Shown piece after piece: positions 23,036 to 35,700 of a stretch of 64,000 bases of DNA (position 1 is its first letter; every line of letters starts with the position of its first letter). The stretch spans positions 5,022,001 through 5,086,000 of the forward strand of contig OZ024745.1 in assembly GCA_964016885.1 (NCBI GenBank). Direction: 5' to 3'. Source of the DNA: Eledone cirrhosa. Lineage: Eukaryota. Below the pieces are notes generated by a model that ran no database searches, was not told the origin of the DNA, and saw only the letters and a list, made by a program, of their open reading frames with translations. The position numbers were made by a program, and so were the translations under genes.

Positions 23036-23702
23036 AGTTTAGTGGCCTCCATTGTGAGGGTCCCTAGGAAACCTGGTGGTCTGTTGTAACAGTTTAGTAG
23101 CATCCATTGTGAGGGTCCCTAGGAAACCTGGTGGTCTGTTGTAACAGTTTAGTAGCCTCCATTGTGAGGGTCCCTAGGAAACCTGGTGGTCGGTTGTAAC
23201 AGTTTAGTAGCCTCCATTGTGAGGGTCCCTAGGAAACCTGGTGGTCTGTTGTAACAGTTTAGTAGCATCCATTGTGAGGGTCCCTAGGAAACCTGGTGGT
23301 CTGTTGTAACAGTTTAGTAGCATCCATTGTGAGGGTCCCTAGGAAACCTGGTGGTCTGTTGTAACAGTTTAGTAGCATCCATTGTGAGGGTCCCTAGGAA
23401 ACCTGGTGGTCTGTTGTAACAGTTTAGTAGCATCCATTGTGAGGGTCCCTAGGAAACCTGGTGGTCTGTTGTAACAGTTTAGTAGCATCCATTGTGAGGG
23501 TCCCTAGGAAACCTGGTGGTCTGTTGTAACAGTTTAGTAGCATCCATTGTGAGGGTCCCTAGGAAACCTGGTGGTCTGTTGTAACAGTTTAGTAGCATCC
23601 ATTGTGAGGGTCCCTAGGAAACCTGGTGGTCTGTTGTAACAGTTTAGTAGCATCCATTGTGAGGGTCCCTAGGAAACCTGGTGGTCTGTTGTAACAGTTT
23701 AG
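23036..23702. repeat. 55-bp minisatellite, ~12 copies (AGTTTAGTAGCATCCATTGTGAGGGTCCCTAGGAAACCTGGTGGTCTGTTGTAAC)
   Basis: 55-bp period. Variants occur only in the first four units and the remainder are identical. Confidence 0.98.
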
Positions 23703-23789
23703 GAATTAAAACTAAAAAATATTATGGCATTACTCATTGTATTTGTTGGAGATGGAAGAAGGAAACAAGATCCCAGACTTCATTTGCTT

Positions 23790-26700
23790 ACCGAGTGGGG
23801 TGGAACTTATCAAATTAGACCGAGTGGGGTGGAACTTATCAAATTAGACCGAGTGGGGTGGAACTTATCAAATTAGACCAAGTGTGGTGGAACTTATCAA
23901 ATTAGACCGAGTGGGGTGGAACTTATCAAATTAGACCGAGTGGGGTGGAACTTATCAAATTAGACCAAGTGTGGTGGAACTTATCAAATTAGACCAAGTG
24001 TGGTGAAACTTATCAAATTAGACCGAGTGGGGTGGAACTTATCAAATTAGACCGAGTGGGGTGGAACTTATCAAATTAGACCTAGTGGGGTGGAACTTAT
24101 CAAATTAGACCGAGTGGGGTGGAACTTATCAAATTAGACCAAGTGTGGTGGAACTTATCAAATTAGACCGAGTGGGGTGGAACTTATCAAATTAGACCTA
24201 GTGGGGTGGAACTTATCAAATTAGACCGAGTGGGGTGGAACTTATCAAATTAGACCTAGTGTGGTAGAACTTATCAAATTAGATCGGGTGGGGTGGAACT
24301 TATCAAATTAGACCAAGTGTGGTGGAACTTATCAAATTAGACCAAGTGTGGTGAAACTTATCAAATTAGACCGAGTGGGGTGGAACTTATCAAATTAGAC
24401 CGAGTGGGGTGGAACTTATCAAATTAGACCTAGTGGGGTGGAACTTATCAAATTAGACCGAGTGGGGTGGAACTTATCAAATTAGACCAAGTGTGGTGGA
24501 ACTTATCAAATTAGACCGAGTCGGGTGGAACTTATCAAATTAGACCTAGTGGGGTGGAACTTATCAAATTAGACCGAGTGGGGTGGAACTTATCAAATTA
24601 GACCTAGTGTGGTAGAACTTATCAAATTAGACCGAGTGGTGTGGAACTTATCAAATTAGACCAAGTGGGGTGGAACTTATCAAATTAGACCGAGTGGGGT
24701 GGAACTTATCAAATTAGACCAAGTGGGGTGGAACTTATCAAATTAGACCAAGTGGGGTGGAACTTATCAAATTAGAGTGAGTGGGTTGGAACTTATCAAA
24801 TTAAACCAAGTGGGGTGGAACTTATCAAATTAGAACAAGTGGGGTGGAACTTATCAAATTAGACCAAGTGGGGTGGAACTTATGAAATTAGGCCAAGTGG
24901 GGTGGAGCTTTTCAAATTAGACCAAGTGTGGTGGATCTTATCAAATTAGACCAAGTGGGGTGGAACTTATCAAATTAGAACAAGTGGAGTGGAACTTATC
25001 AAATTAAACCAAGTGGGGTGGCACTTATCAAATTAGCCCTAGTGTGGTGGAATTTATCAAATTAGACCAAGTGGGGTGGAACTTATTAAATTAGACCAAG
25101 TATGGTCGAACTTATCAAATTAGAGTATCTGTGGTGGAACTTATCAAATTAGAACAAGTGGGGTGGAACTTATCAGATTAAACCAAGTGGGGTGGCACTT
25201 ATCAAATTAGTCCAAGTTGGGTGGAACTTATGAAATTAGGCCAAGTTGGGTAGAACTTATCAAATTAGACCGAGTGGTGTGGAACTTATCAAATTAGACC
25301 AAGTGGGGTGGAACTTATCAAATTAGACCGAGTGGGGTGGAACTTATCAAATTAGACCGAGTGGGGTGGAACTTATCAACTTAGACCAAGTGGGGTGGAA
25401 CTTATCAAATTAGAGTGAGTGGGTTGGAACTTATCAAATTAGACCAAGTGGGGTGGAACTTATCAAATTAGAACAAGTGGGGTGGAACTTATCAAATTAG
25501 ACCAAGTGGGGTGGAACTTATCAAATTAGGCCAAGTGGGTGGAGCTTTTCAAATTAGACCAAGTGTGGTGGATCTTATCAAATTAGACCAAGTGGGGTGG
25601 AACTTATCAAATTAGACCGAGTGGGGTGGAACTTATCAAATTAGACCAAGTGGGGTGGAACTTATCAAATTAGACCGAGTGGGGTGGAACTTATCAAATT
25701 AGACCGAGTGGGGTGGAACTTATCAAATTAGACCAAGTGGGGTGGAACTTATCAAATTAGAGTGAGTGGGTTGGAACTTATCAAATTAGACCAAGTGGGG
25801 TGGAACTTATCTAATTAGACCAAGTGGGGTCGAACTTATCAAATTAGACCTTGTGGGGTGGAACTTATCAAATTAGACCAAGTGGGGTGGAACTTATCAA
25901 ATTAGACCAAGTGGGGTGGAACTTATCAAATTAAACCAAGTGGGGTGGAACTTATCAAATTAGACCAAGTGGGGTGGAACTTATCAAATTAGACCTAGTG
26001 GGGTGGAACTTATCAAATTAGACCAAGTGGGGTGGAACTTATCAAATTAGACCAAGTGGGGTGGAACTTATGAAATTAGACCAAGTGGGGTGGAACTTAT
26101 CAAATTAGACTGAGTGGGGTGGAACTTATCAAATTAGACTAAGTGGGGTGGAAATTATCAAATTAGACCAAGTGGGGTGGAACTTATCAAATTAGACCTA
26201 GTGGGGTAGAACTTATCAAATTAGACCGAGTGGGGTGGAACTTATCAAATTAGCCCTAGTGTGGTGGAATTTATCAAATTAGACCAAGTAGGGTGGAATT
26301 TATTAATTTTAGGCCGAGTGGGGTGGAACTTATCAAATTAGACCTAGTGGGGTGGATCTTATCAAATTAGACTTAGTGGGGTGGAACTTATCAAATTAGA
26401 CCGAGTGGGGTGGAACTTATCAAATTAGACCAAGTTGGGTGGAACTTATCAAATTAGACCGAGTCGGGTGCAACTTATCAAATTAGACCTAGTGGGGTGG
26501 AACTTATCAAATTAGACCTAGTGGGGTGGAACTTATCAAATTAGACCAAGTTGGGTGGAACTTATCAAATTAGACCGAGTGGGGTGCAACTTATCAAATT
26601 AGACCGAGTGGGGTGCAACTTATCAAATTAGACCGAGTGGTGTGGAACTTATCAAATTAGACCGAGTGGAGTGGAACTTATCAAATTAGACCAAGTGGGG

Positions 26701-29700
26701 TGGAACTTATCAAATTAGACCAAGTGGGGTGGAATTTATCAAATTAGACCGAGTGTGGTGGAACTTATCAAATTAGAACAAGTGGGGTGGAACTTATCAA
26801 ATTAGACCAAGTGGGGTCGAACTTATCAAATTAGACCAAGTGGGGTGGAAGTTATCAAATTAGACCTAGTGAGGTGGAACTTACCAAATTAGACTGAGTG
26901 GGGTGGAACTTATCAAATTAGACTGAGTGGGGTGGAACTTATCCAATTAGACGTAGTGGGGTGGAACTTATCAAATTAGACCAAGTGGGGTGGAACTTAT
27001 CAAATTAGACCGAGTGGGGTGGAACTTATCAACTTAGACGAAGTGGGGTGGAACTTATCAAATTAGACCTAGTGGCTTGGCACTTATCAAATTAGACCAA
27101 GTGGGGTGGAACTTATCAAATTAGACCTAGTGGGGTGGAACTTATCAAATTAGACCGAGTGGGGTGGAACTTATCAAATTAGACCAAGTGTGGTGGAACT
27201 TATCAAATTAGACCGAGTGGGGTGGAACTTATCAAATTAGACCTAGTGGGGTGGAACTTATCAAATTAGACCGAGTGGGGTGGAACTTATCAAATTAGAC
27301 CTAGTGTGGTAGAACTTATCAAATTAGATCGGGTGGGGTGGAACTTATCAAATTAGACCAAGTGTGGTGGAACTTATCAAATTAGACCAAGTGTGGTGAA
27401 ACTTATCAAATTAGACCGAGTGGGGTGGAACTTATCAAATTAGACCGAGTGGGGTGGAACTTATCAAATTAGACCTAGTGGGGTGGAACTTATCAAATTA
27501 GACCGAGTGGGGTGGAACTTATCAAATTAGACCAAGTGTGGTGGAACTTATCAAATTAGACCGAGTCGGGTGGAACTTATCAAATTAGACCTAGTGGGGT
27601 GGAACTTATCAAATTAGACCGAGTGGGGTGGAACTTATCAAATTAGACCTAGTGTGGTAGAACTTATCAAATTAGACCGAGTGGTGTGGAACTTATCAAA
27701 TTAGACCAAGTGGGGTGGAACTTATCAAATTAGACCGAGTGGGGTGGAACTTATCAAATTAGACCAAGTGGGGTGGAACTTATCAAATTAGACCAAGTGG
27801 GGTGGAACTTATCAAATTAGAGTGAGTGGGTTGGAACTTATCAAATTAAACCAAGTGGGGTGGAACTTATCAAATTAGAACAAGTGGGGTGGAACTTATC
27901 AAATTAGACCAAGTGGGGTGGAACTTATGAAATTAGGCCAAGTGGGGTGGAGCTTTTCAAATTAGACCAAGTGTGGTGGATCTTATCAAATTAGACCAAG
28001 TGGGGTGGAACTTATCAAATTAGAACAAGTGGAGTGGAACTTATCAAATTAAACCAAGTGGGGTGGCACTTATCAAATTAGCCCTAGTGTGGTGGAATTT
28101 ATCAAATTAGACCAAGTGGGGTGGAACTTATTAAATTAGACCAAGTATGGTCGAACTTATCAAATTAGAGTATCTGTGGTGGAACTTATCAAATTAGAAC
28201 AAGTGGGGTGGAACTTATCAGATTAAACCAAGTGGGGTGGCACTTATCAAATTAGTCCAAGTTGGGTGGAACTTATGAAATTAGGCCAAGTTGGGTAGAA
28301 CTTATCAAATTAGACCGAGTGGTGTGGAACTTATCAAATTAGACCAAGTGGGGTGGAACTTATCAAATTAGACCGAGTGGGGTGGAACTTATCAAATTAG
28401 ACCGAGTGGGGTGGAACTTATCAACTTAGACCAAGTGGGGTGGAACTTATCAAATTAGAGTGAGTGGGTTGGAACTTATCAAATTAGACCAAGTGGGGTG
28501 GAACTTATCAAATTAGAACAAGTGGGGTGGAACTTATCAAATTAGACCAAGTGGGGTGGAACTTATCAAATTAGGCCAAGTGGGTGGAGCTTTTCAAATT
28601 AGACCAAGTGTGGTGGATCTTATCAAATTAGACCAAGTGGGGTGGAACTTATCAAATTAGACCGAGTGGGGTGGAACTTATCAAATTAGACCAAGTGGGG
28701 TGGAACTTATCAAATTAGACCGAGTGGGGTGGAACTTATCAAATTAGACCGAGTGGGGTGGAACTTATCAAATTAGACCAAGTGGGGTGGAACTTATCAA
28801 ATTAGAGTGAGTGGGTTGGAACTTATCAAATTAGACCAAGTGGGGTGGAACTTATCTAATTAGACCAAGTGGGGTCGAACTTATCAAATTAGACCTTGTG
28901 GGGTGGAACTTATCAAATTAGACCAAGTGGGGTGGAACTTATCAAATTAGACCAAGTGGGGTGGAACTTATCAAATTAAACCAAGTGGGGTGGAACTTAT
29001 CAAATTAGACCAAGTGGGGTGGAACTTATCAAATTAGACCTAGTGGGGTGGAACTTATCAAATTAGACCAAGTGGGGTGGAACTTATCAAATTAGACCAA
29101 GTGGGGTGGAACTTATGAAATTAGACCAAGTGGGGTGGAACTTATCAAATTAGACTGAGTGGGGTGGAACTTATCAAATTAGACTAAGTGGGGTGGAAAT
29201 TATCAAATTAGACCAAGTGGGGTGGAACTTATCAAATTAGACCTAGTGGGGTAGAACTTATCAAATTAGACCGAGTGGGGTGGAACTTATCAAATTAGCC
29301 CTAGTGTGGTGGAATTTATCAAATTAGACCAAGTAGGGTGGAATTTATTAATTTTAGGCCGAGTGGGGTGGAACTTATCAAATTAGACCTAGTGGGGTGG
29401 ATCTTATCAAATTAGACTTAGTGGGGTGGAACTTATCAAATTAGACCGAGTGGGGTGGAACTTATCAAATTAGACCAAGTTGGGTGGAACTTATCAAATT
29501 AGACCGAGTCGGGTGCAACTTATCAAATTAGACCTAGTGGGGTGGAACTTATCAAATTAGACCTAGTGGGGTGGAACTTATCAAATTAGACCAAGTTGGG
29601 TGGAACTTATCAAATTAGACCGAGTGGGGTGCAACTTATCAAATTAGACCGAGTGGGGTGCAACTTATCAAATTAGACCGAGTGGTGTGGAACTTATCAA

Positions 29701-32700
29701 ATTAGACCGAGTGGAGTGGAACTTATCAAATTAGACCAAGTGGGGTGGAACTTATCAAATTAGACCAAGTGGGGTGGAATTTATCAAATTAGACCGAGTG
29801 TGGTGGAACTTATCAAATTAGAACAAGTGGGGTGGAACTTATCAAATTAGACCAAGTGGGGTCGAACTTATCAAATTAGACCAAGTGGGGTGGAAGTTAT
29901 CAAATTAGACCTAGTGAGGTGGAACTTACCAAATTAGACTGAGTGGGGTGGAACTTATCAAATTAGACTGAGTGGGGTGGAACTTATCCAATTAGACGTA
30001 GTGGGGTGGAACTTATCAAATTAGACCAAGTGGGGTGGAACTTATCAAATTAGACCGAGTGGGGTGGAACTTATCAACTTAGACGAAGTGGGGTGGAACT
30101 TATCAAATTAGACCTAGTGGCTTGGCACTTATCAAATTAGACCAAGTGGGGTGGAACTTATCAAATTAGACCTAGTGTGGAGGAACTTATCAAATTAGAC
30201 CTAGTGTAGTGGAACTTATCAAATTAGACCAAGTGGGGTGGAACTTATCATATTAGACCAAGTGGGGTGAAACTTATCAAATTAGATCAAGTGGGGTGAA
30301 ACATATCAAATTAGACCTAGTGGGGTGGAACTTATCAAATTAGACCGAGTGGTGTGGAACTTATCAAATTAGACCGAGTGGAGTGGAACTTATCAAATTA
30401 GACCAAGTGGGGTGGAACTTATCAAATTAGACCTAGTGGGGTGGAACTTATCAAATTAGACCAAGTGGGGTGGAACTTATCAAATTAGACTGAGTGGGGT
30501 GGAACTTATCAAATTAGACCAAGTGGGGTGGAAATTATCAAATTAGACCAAGTGGGGTGGAACTTATTAAATTAGACCAAGTATGGTCGAACTTATCAAA
30601 TTAGAGTATCTGTGGTGGAACTTATCAAATTTGACCAAGTGGGGTGGAACTTATCAAATTAGAACAAGTGGGGTGGAACTTATCAAATTAGACCAAGTGG
30701 GGTGGAACTTATCAAATTAGGCCAAGTGGGTGGAGCTTTTCAAATTAGACCAAGTGTGGTGGATCTTATCAAATTAGACCAAGTGGGGTGGAACTTATCA
30801 AATTAGACCGAGTGGGGTGGAACTTATCAAATTAGACCAAGTGGGGTGGAACTTATCAAATTAGACCGAGTGGGGTGGAACTTATCAAATTAGACCGAGT
30901 GGGGTGGAACTTATCAAATTAGACCAAGTGGGGTGGAACTTATCAAATTAGAGTGAGTGGGTTGGAACTTATCAAATTAGACCAAGTGGGGTGGAACTTA
31001 TCTAATTAGACCAAGTGGGGTCGAACTTATCAAATCAGACCTTGTGGGGTGGAACTTATCAAATTAGACCAAGTGGGGTGGAACTTATCAAATTAAACCA
31101 AGTGGGGTGGAACTTATCAAATTAGACCAAGTGGGGTGGAACTTATCAAATTAGACCTAGTGGGGTGGAACTTATCAAATTAGACCAAGTGGGGTGGAAC
31201 TTATCAAATTAGACCGAGTGGGGTGGAACTTATCAAATTAGACCAAGTGGGGTGGAACTTATGAAATTAGACCAAGTGGGGTGGAACTTATCAAATTAGA
31301 CTGAGTGGGGTGGAACTTATCAAATTAGACTAAGTGGGGTGGAAATTATCAAATTAGACCAAGTGGGGTGGAACTTATCAAATTAGACCTAGTGGGGTAG
31401 AACTTATCAAATTAGACCGAGTGGGGTGGAACTTATCAAATTAGACCGAGTGGGGTGGAACTTATCAAATTAGCCCTAGTGTGGTGGAATTTATCAAATT
31501 AGACCAAGTAGGGTGGAATTTATTAATTTTAGGCCGAGTGGGGTGGAACTTATCAAATTAGACCTAGTGGGGTGGATCTTATCAAATTAGACTTAGTGGG
31601 GTGGAACTTATCAAATTAGACCGAGTGGGGTGCAACTTATCAAATTAGACCGAGTGGGGTGCAACTTATCAAATTAGACCGAGTGGTGTGGAACTTATCA
31701 AATTAGACCAAGTGGGGTGGAACTTATAAAATTAGACCTAGTGGGGTGGAACTTATCAAATTAGACCAAGTGGGGTGGAACTTATCAAATTAGACCAAGT
31801 GGGGTTGAACTTATCAAATTAGACCAAGTGGGGTCGAACTTATCAAATTAGACCAAGTTGGGTGGAACTTATCAAATTAGACCGAGTGGGGTGCAACTTA
31901 TCAAATTAGACCGAGTGGGGTGCAACTTATCAAATTAGACCGAGTGGAGTGGAACTTATCAAATTAAACCAAGTGGGGTGGAACTTATCAAATTAGACCA
32001 AGTGGGGTGGAACTTATCAAATTAGACCGAGTGTGGTGGAACTTATCAAATTAGAACAAGTGGGGTGGAACTTATCAAATTAGACCAAGTGGGGTCGAAC
32101 TTATCAAATTAGACCAAGTGGGGTGGAAGTTATCAAATTAGACCTAGTGAGGTGGAACTTACCAAATTAGACTGAGTGGGGTGGAACTTATCAAATTAGA
32201 CTGAGTGGGGTGGAACTTATCCAATTAGACGTAGTGGGGTGGAACTTATCAAATTAGACCAAGTGGGGTGGAACTTATCAAATTAGACCGAGTGGGGTGG
32301 AACTTATCAACTTAGACGAAGTGGGGTGGAACTTATCAAATTAGACCTAGTGGCTTGGAACTTATCAAATTAGACCAAGTGGGGTGGAACTTATCAAATT
32401 AGACCTAGTGTGGAGGAACTTATCAAATTAGACCTACTGTAGTGGAACTTATCAAATTAGACCAAGTGGGGTGGAACTTATCATATTAGACCAAGTGGGG
32501 TGAAACTTATCAAATTAGATCAAGTGGGGTGAAACATATCAAATTAGACCTAGTGGGGTGGAACTTATCAAATTAGACCGAGTGGTGTGGAACTTATCAA
32601 ATTAGACCGAGTGGAGTGGAACTTATCAAATTAGACCAAGTGGGGTGGAACTTATCAAATTAGACCTAGTGGGGTGGAACTTATCAAATTAGACCAAGTG

Positions 32701-35700
32701 GGGTGGAACTTATCAAATTAGACCAAGTGGGGTGGAACTTATCAAATTAGACCAAGTGGGGTCGAACTTATCAAATTAGACCAAGTGGGGTGGAACTTAT
32801 CAAATTAGACTGAGTGGGGTGGAACTTATCAAATTAGACCAAGTGGGGTGGAAATTATCAAATTAGACCAAGTGGGGTGGAAATTATCAAATTAGACCAA
32901 GTGTGGTGGATCTTATCAAATTAGACCAAGTGGGGTGGAACTTATCAAATTAGACCAAGTGGGGTGGAACTTATGAAATTAGACCAAGTATGGTCGAACT
33001 TAGCAAATTAGAGTATCTGTGGTGGAACTTATCAAATTAGAACAAGTGGGGTGGAACTTATCAAATTAAACCAAGTGGGGTGGCACTTATCAAATTAGTC
33101 CAAGTTGGGTGGAACTTATGAAATTAGGCCAAGTTGGGTAGAACTTATCAAATTAGACCGACTGGTGTGGAACTTATCAAATTAGACCAAGTGGGGTGGA
33201 ACTTATCAAATTAGACCGAGTGGGGTGGAACTTATCAAATTAGACCGAGTGGGGTGGAACTTATCAAATTAGACCGAGTGGGGTGGAACTTATCAAATTA
33301 GACCGAGTGGGGTGGAACTTATCAACTTAGACCAAGTGGGGTGGAACTTATCAAATTAGAGTGAGTGGGTTGGAACTTATCAAATTAGACCAAGTGGGGT
33401 GGAACTTATCAAATTAGAACAAGTGGGGTGGAACTTATCAAATTAGACCAAGTGGGGTGGAAGTTATCAAATTAGACCTAGTGAGGTGGAACTTACCAAA
33501 TTAGACTGAGTGGGGTGGAACTTATCAAATTAGACTGAGTGGGGTGGAACTTATCCAATTAGACGTAGTGGGGTGGAACTTATCAAATTAGACCAAGTGG
33601 GGTGGAACTTATCAAATTAGACCGAGTGGGGTGGAACTTATCAACTTAGACGAAGTGGGGTGGAACTTATCAAATTAGACCTAGTGGCTTGGCACTTATC
33701 AAATTAGACCAAGTGGGGTGGAACTTATCAAATTAGACCTAGTGTGGAGGAACTTATCAAATTAGACCTAGTGTAGTGGAACTTATCAAATTAGACCAAG
33801 TGGGGTGGAACTTATCATATTAGACCAAGTGGGGTGAAACTTATCAAATTAGATCAAGTGGGGTGAAACATATCAAATTAGACCTAGTGGGGTGGAACTT
33901 ATCAAATTAGACCGAGTGGTGTGGAACTTATCAAATTAGACCGAGTGGAGTGGAACTTATCAAATTAGACCAAGTGGGGTGGAACTTATCAAATTAGACC
34001 TAGTGGGGTGGAACTTATCAAATTAGACCAAGTGGGGTGGAACTTATCAAATTAGACTGAGTGGGGTGGAACTTATCAAATTAGACCAAGTGGGGTGGAA
34101 ATTATCAAATTAGACCAAGTGGGGTGGAACTTATTAAATTAGACCAAGTATGGTCGAACTTATCAAATTAGAGTATCTGTGGTGGAACTTATCAAATTTG
34201 ACCAAGTGGGGTGGAACTTATCAAATTAGAACAAGTGGGGTGGAACTTATCAAATTAGACCAAGTGGGGTGGAACTTATCAAATTAGGCCAAGTGGGTGG
34301 AGCTTTTCAAATTAGACCAAGTGTGGTGGATCTTATCAAATTAGACCAAGTGGGGTGGAACTTATCAAATTAGACCGAGTGGGGTGGAACTTATCAAATT
34401 AGACCAAGTGGGGTGGAACTTATCAAATTAGACCGAGTGGGGTGGAACTTATCAAATTAGACCGAGTGGGGTGGAACTTATCAAATTAGACCAAGTGGGG
34501 TGGAACTTATCAAATTAGAGTGAGTGGGTTGGAACTTATCAAATTAGACCAAGTGGGGTGGAACTTATCTAATTAGACCAAGTGGGGTCGAACTTATCAA
34601 ATTAGACCTTGTGGGGTGGAACTTATCAAATTAGACCAAGTGGGGTGGAACTTATCAAATTAGACCAAGTGGGGTGGAACTTATCAAATTAAACCAAGTG
34701 GGGTGGAACTTATCAAATTAGACCAAGTGGGGTGGAACTTATCAAATTAGACCTAGTGGGGTGGAACTTATCAAATTAGACCAAGTGGGGTGGAACTTAT
34801 CAAATTAGACCGAGTGGGGTGGAACTTATCAAATTAGACCAAGTGGGGTGGAACTTATGAAATTAGACCAAGTGGGGTGGAACTTATCAAATTAGACTGA
34901 GTGGGGTGGAACTTATCAAATTAGACTAAGTGGGGTGGAAATTATCAAATTAGACCAAGTGGGGTGGAACTTATCAAATTAGACCTAGTGGGGTAGAACT
35001 TATCAAATTAGACCGAGTGGGGTGGAACTTATCAAATTAGACCGAGTGGGGTGGAACTTATCAAATTAGCCCTAGTGTGGTGGAATTTATCAAATTAGAC
35101 CAAGTAGGGTGGAATTTATTAATTTTAGGCCGAGTGGGGTGGAACTTATCAAATTAGACCTAGTGGGGTGGATCTTATCAAATTAGACTTAGTGGGGTGG
35201 AACTTATCAAATTAGACCGAGTGGGGTGCAACTTATCAAATTAGACCGAGTGGGGTGCAACTTATCAAATTAGACCGAGTGGTGTGGAACTTATCAAATT
35301 AGACCAAGTGGGGTGGAACTTATAAAATTAGACCTAGTGGGGTGGAACTTATCAAATTAGACCAAGTGGGGTGGAACTTATCAAATTAGACCAAGTGGGG
35401 TTGAACTTATCAAATTAGACCAAGTGGGGTCGAACTTATCAAATTAGACCAAGTTGGGTGGAACTTATCAAATTAGACCGAGTGGGGTGCAACTTATCAA
35501 ATTAGACCGAGTGGGGTGCAACTTATCAAATTAGACCGAGTGGAGTGGAACTTATCAAATTAAACCAAGTGGGGTGGAACTTATCAAATTAGACCAAGTG
35601 GGGTGGAACTTATCAAATTAGACCGAGTGTGGTGGAACTTATCAAATTAGAACAAGTGGGGTGGAACTTATCAAATTAGACCAAGTGGGGTCGAACTTAT

